Part shown: in pieces, positions 20,001 to 29,117 of the stretch
Layout of the letters: every line of letters starts with the position of its first letter
How positions within the stretch are numbered: position 1 is the first letter of the stretch
Source: an uncultured Acidobacteriota bacterium
Lineage (GTDB): Bacteria; Acidobacteriota; Blastocatellia; RBC074
Length of the DNA stretch: 64,000 nucleotides
NCBI GenBank assembly: GCA_963796275.1
Contig: CAWCKY010000004.1
Location: 1,024,001-1,088,000, forward strand
Reading direction: 5' to 3'
Notes under the pieces: model-generated
Databases searched by the model: none
Told to the model about the DNA's origin: nothing
Seen by the model: the letters and a program-made list of their open reading frames with translations, nothing else
Position numbers and translations under genes: made by a program

Positions 20001-20210
20001 TTTCGTCCGGTAATCATGACGGCGCTGGCTATGATCATCGGTATGATCCCGATGGCTCTGGGCGCCGGCGAGGGCGGCGAACAGAACGCGCCACTCGGCC
20101 GTGCGGTTATCGGCGGCCTCATCTGTGCAACTCTTGCCACGCTGACATTCGTGCCGGCGGTATTCGGATTGTTGCATCATCGTCGAAGCAACGCCGGCCT
20201 GGTGAAGTAA
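17064..20210 (+). CDS. RND efflux transporter permease subunit (AcrB/AcrD/AcrF family)
   Basis: 1048 aa. TDIFPNINIP, LALAVGILVDDATVTIENI, RFRPVIMTALAMIIGMIPMAL, APLGRAVIGG. Confidence 0.96.
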   Translation: MWIIRVALDRPYTFIVLALLVLIVSPVVILRTPTDIFPNINIPVIAIGWQYTGLNPEELEGRLVTPFERFLTTTVDNIEHIESTTMIGRSIVKVFLQPNASIDRANSQVTATSQTAIRQAPPGTVPPLIVNYNASTVPILQLALSGEGLSEQQLNDLSLNFLRSQLITVPGVSIPYPYGGKQRQVMVNLDPALLQSKGLSAADVVTAVGQQNLVLPSGTAKMGAFEYDIALNGSPDTVKELNDLPLRLAGQSPIYLRDVAQVSDGFSPQTNAVRLDGKRGALMTILKAGDASTIDVVRDIKAMLPRVATTLPPELKVQPLADQSTFVMAAVTGVIYEAIIAACLTGIMILIFLGSWRSTLIIAISIPLSILTSIITFSFLGNTINIMTLGGLALAVGILVDDATVTIENIERHLEEGLGIRDAIMQGAGQIAVPTLVSTLCICVVFLPMFFLSGVARYLFVPLAEAVVFAMLASYLFSRTLVPTLALYLLKTSHVNRVATQNPFTLIHRVFERGFDFTRGIYRDMLSMLVRRRVLFVPAFLGLCLSAIPLTPWLGQDFFPRSEGGQFLLHVRAKTGTRIEETARLCDQVESSIRRLIPDPELTSIVDNIGVPYSTINTVYNSSGTIGPSDADILVSLKKPHRPTADYIQELRKLLAAEFPGVTFYFLPADMVTQILNFGMPAPVNIQLEGANIEGNRLVANKLLNELRLVPGIVDLRIQQQFDYPKYDVIVDRTRAIQGGFTQRDIASSLLVSLSGSFQTTPSFFLDPQNGVNYNLVTQAPQYTIQSLQSLQNLPISSPNLTRSEILADVAELRRSSEMAVVNHYNIRRVIDIYGSVEGRDLGSAGKEITQIVDRHQGDLPRGTSINIRGQLDTMQKSYAGLIAGLAFAIILVYLLIVVNFQSWLDPFIIITALPAALAGIILFLFITHTRLSVPALMGAIMCMGVATANSILVISFAKERLAEHGDPLTAAVEAGFTRFRPVIMTALAMIIGMIPMALGAGEGGEQNAPLGRAVIGGLICATLATLTFVPAVFGLLHHRRSNAGLVK

Positions 20211-20225
20211 TTTTGAGAGACGAGA

Positions 20226-21476
20226 ATGAATACGGACCAATCTACAAATCATAGACCAGCGGAAGAAGCGAATACTACACAAATTATCCAGCTCGATCGT
20301 ACCGGAGAGACGCCAACGCAGGGTGCGCCGCGGCGCGGGCTTTTCTGGGCCGGTCTGCTGGTAATTTTGGTTATCGCCTTCGCGTTGGGAACGGTCATAC
20401 TTTCCGGAATTAGCAGTCGAAAGGCCGCCCAGGACAGCCTGAAAGAGGAGACGCTGAAATCGTCCGTGCTGACGGTTCGCGTGGTCTATCCCAAACACAA
20501 GGCTCCGGTGCAAGAGATCACTCTTCCCGGTAACGTTCAGGCTTATACTGAGACGCCGATATACGCGCGCACCAACGGATACCTGAAGGGGTGGTATTTC
20601 GACCTCGGGTCGCGTGTCAAACAGGGTGATCTTCTCGCCAAAATCGAAACCCCTGAAGTCGATCAGCAGCTACAACAGGCGAGGGCCCAGCTACAGGTCG
20701 CGGAAGCCAGCCTGAATCTGGCGAGGTCGACGGCCGAGCGATGGCAGGCACTGCTCGTGACGAATGCCGTAACGGAGCAGGAGACCGACGAGAAGATCGG
20801 CGACCTGCGCGTGAAAGAAGCGACTCATGCCTCGATGATGTCCAACGTCCGCCGGCTCGAAAATCTGCAATCCTTCAACAGCGTTTACGCTCCGTTCGAC
20901 GGCATCATAACAGCGCGCAATACGGACCTGGGGGCTTTGATCGACGCGGGCGCCAATGCTCCCGGAAAGGAACTCTTCAGGCTGGCGGCGACGGATAAGC
21001 TGCGCGTCTTCGTCAGCGTGCCGCAAAGCTTTGCGCGCGCATCTCGCATTGGAGCCCGCGCATCGCTGACCGTGAACGAGTCTCCCGGCAAGGGGTTTCA
21101 CGGAACCATCGTAAGGACGGCGCAGGCGATCGACCCGGCATCGCGAACGCTCCTGACCGAAATCGAGGTCGAGAACCCAACCGGAGAATTGCTGCCAGGC
21201 ACATATCTCACCGCGCACCTGCGGTTGCCGGGCCGGATCAATGCGGTCACGATTCCTACCAACGCCTTGCTCTTCCGCTCTGATGGCGTTCAGGTCGGCG
21301 TGGTGCGCGGCGGAGTAGCGACTCTGATTCCGGTCATCATAGGCCGCGATTTCGGCGCAGAGGTAGAAGTAATCTCGGGGTTGAAGCCAACGGACGCCAT
21401 AATTGAAAACCCCGCTGATTCCCTCATCAGCGGTACGGCGGTTCGCGTAGCGGAACAGGTGAAATCCTCAGACTGA
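20226..21476 (+). CDS. RND efflux periplasmic adaptor (membrane fusion protein)
   Basis: N-terminal TM anchor, IYARTNGYL, VKQGDLLA, coiled hairpin, APFDGIIT, IDPASRTL. Confidence 0.95.
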   Translation: MNTDQSTNHRPAEEANTTQIIQLDRTGETPTQGAPRRGLFWAGLLVILVIAFALGTVILSGISSRKAAQDSLKEETLKSSVLTVRVVYPKHKAPVQEITLPGNVQAYTETPIYARTNGYLKGWYFDLGSRVKQGDLLAKIETPEVDQQLQQARAQLQVAEASLNLARSTAERWQALLVTNAVTEQETDEKIGDLRVKEATHASMMSNVRRLENLQSFNSVYAPFDGIITARNTDLGALIDAGANAPGKELFRLAATDKLRVFVSVPQSFARASRIGARASLTVNESPGKGFHGTIVRTAQAIDPASRTLLTEIEVENPTGELLPGTYLTAHLRLPGRINAVTIPTNALLFRSDGVQVGVVRGGVATLIPVIIGRDFGAEVEVISGLKPTDAIIENPADSLISGTAVRVAEQVKSSD

Positions 21477-21621
21477 GTCGTCTGAAGAGTCGGCAAACAG
21501 CACAGCAAAATACAAGGAGGTACGATGCTCTTCGTGCTCTCTTGATTTTGAGATTTGTGAAGCTTCTACGAGCTTTTATGTCCCTGAATGCTAGCGAGTC
21601 CTCTACCCTGCCTCTCCGCGC

Positions 21622-24090
21622 TCATTCGTATCTCAAAGCTACCATCGGATCCACTTTCGTGGCGCGACGCGCCGGTATGTAACAGGCCATCATCGCTACG
21701 GCTATCAGAAGCAGCGCAACCATCATAAACGTCAGCGGGTCAGCCGCCTTCACGCCGAACAACAGCCTCTCCATCAAGCGCAACAAAGCGAAGGCTGCAA
21801 CCAAGCCGATTGCAACTCCTATCAGGGCGAGTTTCATGCCTTGCCGCACAACCAGTTTCAAAACATCGCGAGGTTGCGCGCCTAAAGCCATGCGAACGCC
21901 GATCTCGTGTATTCGTTGGCTGACCGCGTACGACATTACGCCGTAGATGCCCACCAGCGCGAGCGCCAATGCCACTGCGGCGAAGATGCCGAGCAGCGTC
22001 AGATTCAAGCGTTCAGGCGCGATTGAATCCGAGCGAATCGCTTCCAGTGTTCGCACGGCGAAGACCGGTTGCTCGCTGTCAATCGCCCTCACCTGTTCGC
22101 GAGCCGCCGCGACCATCTGGTTCGGCTCGACCGAACTTCTGATCACAACCGTCATCCCGCTATATGAAAGTTGGCGGTGATGGAAATAACCTTGCACGCG
22201 ATTCGAATCCCTGTCCAAGCCATCCATCTTCACGCGCTTCACTACTCCGACAATCGTAATGACGGGGTTGCGCGGATCGTTCCCCCACTTGATGCGCTTC
22301 CCGACCGCATCATCATTCGGCCAATGTCGGCGGGCAAATTCCTCGTCGATGATTATCACGTTCACGCCCGCGATCGAACGCTGATTATCATCGAGGCCGC
22401 GCAGTTTCTCTTCTGTCAGGTGTTTTTGGTCGTCCTGCTCGGTGAAGTAACGACCGCGAAGCAACTGGATGCCCATAGTTTTGAAATAGTCGGCGCCGGC
22501 CACACAGGCTTCCATCAGGGGCATCTGGCCGGGGGGCGGCTCGGGCTGGCCCTCGACCTTGAACGACGTCTGCCAACGGTTGTTGCCCAACGGTAATCCG
22601 GAAGCGAGCCCGACGCCCTGCACCCCGGGAAGCGAGCTTATTTTCTGCACAAGTCGATCGTAAAAATCTATCTCCTGCTGATCGTTCGGATATTTCCCTT
22701 GTGGCAGGTTGATACTGAAACTCAGCAGATTGTCGTATCTGAAACCGGGATCGACCTGCATCAACCGATAGAAGCTGCGAATGAGCAGGCCGGCGCCGAT
22801 GAGCAGCACCAGGGTCATCGCCATCTCCGCCACCACCAATCCACTGCGTACCCAGCGCCGCCCAGCAGTCATCGTGCGCGCGGTATCTTTCAACGCATCC
22901 TGTACGTCTGCCTTGCTAGCCTGGAGCGCCGGCGCCAGACCGAATATGATGCCGGTGAAAATGGAGACGCCAAATGTGAAGGCCATTACGTGCCAATCGA
23001 GATAGATCTCGCGCGAACGCGGAATGCCATTCGGATTGATCGAGATAAGAAGTTTCACGCCCCAATGTGCCAGGAGCAGCCCCAGGCCGCCTCCGAGTAT
23101 GGAGAGCAAAACACTTTCAGTCAGCAATTGCCGCACGATACGCCAGCGGCTCGCGCCCAGGGCCACGCGCAGCGCCATCTCTTTCTGTCGCGTCATCGCC
23201 CGAGCCAACAGCAGGTTGGCGACATTGGCGCACGCGATGAGCAGCACGAAGCTGACCGCAACCAGCAGAGTCCAGAGGGCTGGGCGGATGTCTCCGACAA
23301 AGACATCCAACATCGGCCTGATGATGACGCCATTGCCGTTATTCGATTGGGGATACTGTTTTTCCAGAATAGCAGCGATGCGATCCATCTCGGCCCGCGC
23401 TTGCTCGATGGTTATGCCTGGTTTGAGGCGCGCCACGCCATTTAGGCCAGGATGATTGCCGCGCTGTTGCCAGGATGGTTGATCGGAGAGTTGGCCGACC
23501 GGCACCCATATATCCACGCGGCTGGGAAATTGAAATCCCGGCGGCATCACTCCGATCACCGTGTAGCCGCGCCCGTTGAAAAGGAGCGTTTGATTGAGAA
23601 TCTTCGGATCGCCTCCGAAGCGCCGCTGCCAGAACCCATGACTCAGCACGACGATCGGAGGGCCTCCCGGCTTGTCTTCATCGTTCGTATAGATGCGGCC
23701 CAATGCGGGATTGACTCGTAGAGCGGCGAACAGATCAGCCGACATCTGCCCGGCCGGAATACGCTCGACCTCGCCGCTCCCGGTGAGGTTATAACTGCTG
23801 AAGTTGAAGACGCCCAGCTTCTCGAAGACCTGGTTTTGCGCGCGCCAGTCGCTGAAGTTTGGATAGGAGATGGAGATCATACTCATCTGCCGGCTGCTTT
23901 CGTTCAGATAGACGAGACGATCCGATTGCTCGTAAGGCAGCGGGCGGAGCAATACTGCATTGACGACGCTGAAGATCGCGGTATTTGCGCCGATGCCGAG
24001 AGTCAGTGTGAAGATCGCAATCAAAGTAACCCATGGTTTCTTCATCAACATACGCAGGCCGTAGCGCAAATCCTGAAACAAATTAGTCAT
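21622..24090 (-). CDS. ADOP-family duplicated orphan ABC permease (no prefix domain)
   Basis: [80 protein letters not shown]. Confidence 0.95.
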   Translation of the reverse strand: MTNLFQDLRYGLRMLMKKPWVTLIAIFTLTLGIGANTAIFSVVNAVLLRPLPYEQSDRLVYLNESSRQMSMISISYPNFSDWRAQNQVFEKLGVFNFSSYNLTGSGEVERIPAGQMSADLFAALRVNPALGRIYTNDEDKPGGPPIVVLSHGFWQRRFGGDPKILNQTLLFNGRGYTVIGVMPPGFQFPSRVDIWVPVGQLSDQPSWQQRGNHPGLNGVARLKPGITIEQARAEMDRIAAILEKQYPQSNNGNGVIIRPMLDVFVGDIRPALWTLLVAVSFVLLIACANVANLLLARAMTRQKEMALRVALGASRWRIVRQLLTESVLLSILGGGLGLLLAHWGVKLLISINPNGIPRSREIYLDWHVMAFTFGVSIFTGIIFGLAPALQASKADVQDALKDTARTMTAGRRWVRSGLVVAEMAMTLVLLIGAGLLIRSFYRLMQVDPGFRYDNLLSFSINLPQGKYPNDQQEIDFYDRLVQKISSLPGVQGVGLASGLPLGNNRWQTSFKVEGQPEPPPGQMPLMEACVAGADYFKTMGIQLLRGRYFTEQDDQKHLTEEKLRGLDDNQRSIAGVNVIIIDEEFARRHWPNDDAVGKRIKWGNDPRNPVITIVGVVKRVKMDGLDRDSNRVQGYFHHRQLSYSGMTVVIRSSVEPNQMVAAAREQVRAIDSEQPVFAVRTLEAIRSDSIAPERLNLTLLGIFAAVALALALVGIYGVMSYAVSQRIHEIGVRMALGAQPRDVLKLVVRQGMKLALIGVAIGLVAAFALLRLMERLLFGVKAADPLTFMMVALLLIAVAMMACYIPARRATKVDPMVALRYE

Positions 24091-25050
24091 GGCATCCTCC
24101 TATAATTCCTGACTGAGGTATGTGATCATTGTTCGGAGAGGGTTTCATATTTCTGCAACCATCTTTCCTTTATGAAAAATCGTCCAGAATCTGCCAGACA
24201 ACTTTATCAATATCCTGTGAGCGGCTCCGAAGCCCGATGTGTATAGCCGTTATGACAAATGTGGTGCTTCGGCTCGGGAGCGCAGAGCGGAATACCAGTA
24301 CTCAACATTTCTCTCACTTTCACGTCGAACACACTGATTCAAGCGACTTTTAAATGCAAATTTTTTCAGGTAGCTAAATTGTAAAAAATTCTGATCTTGC
24401 AGCATATGCTATTGCATCGCGGCGCGGAATAGTGATAATAACGCCCCTGGAAGTCCATCCAATAAAAACGAAAACTTTGCTGAGTTAAATAAATACCTCG
24501 CTTTATCAAATCAGGCAGGCGAAGCAACAACCGGCTGTTCTTGACTAGTATTTTTCCTGACTAAGGCCGGCGATCTCTTAACTGATGACCAGCACGATCG
24601 TGTAATGGGCGTTTAAATCACGCCGATAATTGATTCTCTATCAAACGCAGGAGCGTCTGTCAGGGTTGGTTCTCTATTCAGCTGATCTCCTCACAGATCG
24701 TTGCCTGCTCAAGAACAAAAAAACAAGTAGTTGAAATTTATCCATTTTTCACCGGCACTACGTGAGAGCGGCTTCTGAATGTAGCACCGAGCAGTAGACG
24801 GACAGCGCCAACGAACCAGGCCAACCAGCAGTTTGGCCTGATGACGGCGGCTTTTACGGATCCGTCGAATACTCAAGACACGGGTGGGTGATTGGTTCAG
24901 ATCGTCCTGCGGTTCAATTTTTGATTTCTGGAATATCGGTCAGGAATAGACGGCATTCATAAATGGTAGAAAGGTTTTGACTAATCCTACCATTCCGCCA
25001 AACAAGAGATAGGTAACCCGTTTTTACCATAGACCCACAGGAGGTCACCG

Positions 25051-28000
25051 ATGAAAAGTTTACTTTTATCAGTCATCATTTGCTTGGCTACCGGCGCGAT
25101 TTCCTTCGCACAAGGAACGAACGCATCGTTGTCCGGAACGGTCACCGATGCTGCTCAAGCGGCAGTACCGGGAGTCACGGTCACGGCTCAGAATGTAAAT
25201 ACGGGTGTGATCACGAATACCGAGACCAACATATCCGGTGTTTATGTCTTTCCCAGCTTACAACCCGGGACATATCGCGTCACCGCAGAAAAGCAGGGCT
25301 TTAAAAAGATCATCAACAACGAAGTGGTACTCGAGCTTTATGCCCGTATCACGCTCAACTACTCGCTCGAGATCGCGACCATCAGCGAAAATGTCGTTGA
25401 GATTAACGCTGCGCTTGATACGCGTCTCGCGATAGGCAACACCTCGGTGGGCGGCGTGATCAATGGTCAAAAAGTACAGGACCTGCCGCTCCCCGGACGC
25501 AATGCTCTCGATCTGGTTTTAACCCAGGCCGGCATCGTCGGGGATAGCTTCGCGGGCGCGCGAATCGGCACACTCAACGTGGCGCGCGACGGTATCAATG
25601 TCATGGATCAGCGTATCAATAGTGGCGTCAACTCAGTGATCTTCAACAGCGTTGACTTAGTTGACGAGATACGCGTGATCACCTCGCCGGCTGACGCCGA
25701 ATTCGGGCGTGGATCGGGACAGGTCCTGATCACGACGAAATCGGGTACGAACGAATTTCACGGCAGCGTCTTCGAATCGCATCGCAACACGGCGCTCACC
25801 GCCAACGATTTCTTCAACAACCTGCGCGGCGATCCGCGCAATGTGCTCATCCGCAATCAATTCGGCGGCCGCCTTGGCGGTCCGATTATCAAAAATAAGA
25901 CCTTCTTTTTCGCCGGGTATGAGGCTCAACGTGAGGTCTCTCGCGATACCGTCACTTCAACTACCTATACCCAACAGGCGCGGCAAGGGATATTCCGATT
26001 TTTTCCTGGTGTCCGTAATGCAAACGCGATTGCTCAGGTGCCAACGGTCGATCTCAACGGCGATCCGGTCAAACCTGCTACGGCGACCGGCGACCTGAAA
26101 TCGGTTGACTTATTCAGCCTCGGACTCGACAAAAATCGCTTAACGACCGACCAAACCGGTATTGTGAAAGCCATGCTCGATCGGATGCCGCTGCCTAACA
26201 ACTTCCGTGCCGGTGATGGGTTGAACACTGCAGGATTCACTTGGAGCCGCCCGGAAAGCGCCAACCGTGATCAGATCTTATGCGCGCTTCGATCACGTGT
26301 TTACTGAAAATCATCGTTTCAACTTCAACTACACCTGGGAGAAAGAATTTTTCCTGAATGGCTTCCTGGCCCAGCCTTACCCTGACTCGCCTGGCGGCAA
26401 TCTGGCGGGCAGTAATCAATTCTACTCTTTCGGACTGATTTCTACGCTATCGCCGAGTTTGGTGAATGAATTCCACGCGGGCGCTCAGAGATCACGGCTA
26501 CGCTTCAACGCGCCGTGGGAATTGGAGGAAGGCAGAGCGTTGATGCCCAGGGTCGGCGATCAGATTTTCGCTGCTATTTCTCCGTCGGTGACGGAGCCGA
26601 TTAACTTCACCAATGATCCGCAAGGACGTATCTCTCCGCTGTATAGTTTCTCGGATACGATCGCCTGGTCAAAAGGCCGACACGGATTGAAAGGGGGGGT
26701 GGAATTCCGTTTTGTCAGCACCAATGGGTTCAACTCGTTCGATGTCCTGCCACGGGCTACCTTCGGCCCCGGCGGTCAGGGGGTAGTAGGAATCAACCCC
26801 ACAAGCATCCAGGGCCTAGGTGTTAATGAAGCAGGAGCTCAAAGTTTGTTGAACGATCTTGCCGGTTCGCTCGCTAGTGTCGCGCAGGCATTCAATGCAT
26901 CGGCCGGAGCAACCCCCGTCTTCCTGACGGGCGAAGGTAAGCAGCGCACCTGGAGGCAGCGTGAATTCAGCTTCTTCTTCAAAGACGATTTCAAAGTAAG
27001 ACCGAGTCTGACGCTGAACCTCGGAGTCCGCTACGAATTTTACGGTGTACCTCATGAAGCAAATGGCAGGACAGCGAGTCTTGCTGGCGGGACAGAAGGT
27101 ATATTCGGGCCTCACGGGAAGCAGCTTTGCCGATCTGTATCAACCGGGCAGGCTAAATGGTTCACCGACGCAGATTATCCTTGTCGGAAAGAATTCGCCG
27201 AACGAGGAGACCAACCTCTATAACAACGATCTGAATAACTTCGCTCCAGCGGTCGGCTTTAGTTGGGCTATCCCTTACTTTGGCGAGAACAAGACCGTCC
27301 TGCGTATGGGATACGGCATCGGATACGAAAGAAATTCATTGCGTCTTCTGGACGTAGTAGCAGGCGATCAGCCGGGTCTGCGTACTGTGAGAAACTTTAC
27401 GACATCAGCGTACCTTGATCTCTCGCGTGTCGGTTTGCCACTCACCCCGGAAGGGAACCCGCTGGACATCGTTGCCCTCACCGACCGCCTGCAAACAGTG
27501 CGCGTTTTCGACACCAACCTCCGCACACCATATGTGCAAAACTGGAACGTGACGTTGCAACGCGAGCTGTTCAAAAACTTCTCGCTCGATTTCCGATACG
27601 TTGGCAACAAAGGAACGAAACTGATACGCGGCACAAATATCAACGAAGTTAACATTTTCGAGACAGGAATCCTCGAAGCTTTTAAAGCCGTGCAGGCCGG
27701 CGGAGAATCGGCGCTGCTCGACCGTATCTTCAATGGCATGGACCTGAACTCAGGTAGCATCAATGGAACGACGGTGCGGGCGGGCGCTTCCTTACGCAAC
27801 CACCCTAATACGCGCGCCTTCTTCGCCAACAACAATGTCGGCGGGTTCGCCAACTATCTCAACACCACGGCTAATTTCACTAATGTTCGCGGAGGTCTGT
27901 TGCGTAATGGAACCCTGCCGGAAAACTTCATCGTCGCCAACCCGCAATTCGCGTCTGCGAATCTGACGGGTAATTTCGCCAACTCAACCTATCATTCGTT

Positions 28001-28814
28001 TCAAGTTGAATTGAACAAGCGGTACTCAAACGGATGGACGCTACAAAGCAACTATACATGGAGCAAGTCGATCGGCGAAGAAGAGGGCGACGAGCAGGAA
28101 ATGCTCGACAGCTACCGCAATGGCCGGAACCGCCGTGTCGACAAGCGATTGCTATCGTTCCATCGCCCACATGTCTGGCGCACCAGCGCGGTATGGGAGA
28201 TGCCGTTCGGCCCCGGCCGCCAATTGCTCGGGAAAAGCAACAAAATCATCTCGCGTCTGGTCGAAAGCTGGCAGATCGGCGCAATCTACAACGTCTTTAC
28301 CGGTGCGCCTCTGAACCTGTCAAACGAAACCAGTTCGTTCAATCAGTTCACGGATAACACTCCGCTGCTGATGGGGATACTGCCGAAGGGTTTCGGCAAG
28401 GTGAAACGTGATGACAATGGGGTGATCTATTTTGACGGATTGAATGAAGCAATAGACCCTTCGGTCGCCAATATTACCGGTTCACAAAATCTGCAAGATC
28501 GCAGCACATTGATTGGAAGGGCCGATGCGAACGGTAATATTATTCTGGCCAATCCGGTTCCAGGACAGCTTGGCTCGCTGGCGCCCTTCTATCTACAGGG
28601 GCCGGGTTCATATCGCCTGGATTTGAACTTGGTCAAGCGCTTTCAGTTTCGAGAGAAGGCTAACTTCGAGATGAGAATCGATGCGATCAACGCGTTCAAT
28701 TCGCCGGAGTTCGATCTCCCAAACGGCAATATCAATTCGACCGACTTCGGACGCATCACCGGCACTAACAACGACGCCCGGATCGTCGTCATCTCTCTAC
28801 GCATTAACTTTTGA
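25051..28814 (+). CDS. TonB-dependent receptor, Oar-like acidobacterial type with N-terminal carboxypeptidase-regulatory-like domain; two +1 frameshifts (about 26280 and 27110)
   Basis: Signal peptide, SGTVTD..VPGVTVT, LPLPGRN, TKSGTNEFHG, NQFGGRLGGPI, LTLNLGVRYE, NNFAPAVGFSW, C-terminal LRINF. ORFs 25051..26307, 26267..27223 and 27045..28814 join into one gene. Confidence 0.9.
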
Positions 28815-28835
28815 TGTAGCATCAATAGTTTCTGA

Positions 28836-28990
28836 TCGGCTCTGTGAACCTTATGTGTACAGCTTCTGCTGACATTATTCGCCTCGCGCTCCAGAGGAGC
28901 GACATATCAATGCAGATATGCCGCTCCTCCTCAGGAGCTTGCGTACCTGAATGATCGTGAACAATAACCATATCGCACCACTGGCTCTCG
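28836..28990. repeat. Degenerate REP-like palindromic element between convergent genes
   Basis: Central inverted repeat GAGGAGCGACATATC (28894-28908) / GATATGCCGCTCCTC (28915-28929), with GCTCCAGAGGAGC hairpins. Confidence 0.55.
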
Positions 28991-29117
28991 AGGCGAACGT
29001 TGAATCTAATAGCGTTTAAATTGAAACCTCTCGAATAATCTGTACCGCGAGAGATAGCGAGTGAATCTTTCATTCAGCTTATGAAAAGCCTCTCTCGCAA
29101 CCTCTCCCGGTGCTGCT

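Noticed and set aside
24154-24170. sigma54 promoter for the ADOP gene (minus strand GG-N10-GC with TTGCA)
   Set aside because: The -24 element AAGGAA is far from TGGCAC, too weak to call.
24838-24870. Hammerhead ribozyme core (CTGATGA...GAA)
   Set aside because: The GA of CUGAUGA is used up by the GACGG/CCGTC stem, the sequence continues GAAT rather than GAAA, and I found no stems I and III.
25051-28814. Programmed frameshifting or three separate genes in the TonB receptor
   Set aside because: No slippery sites, and the same +1 insertion pattern occurs in housekeeping genes, so sequencing error is more likely.
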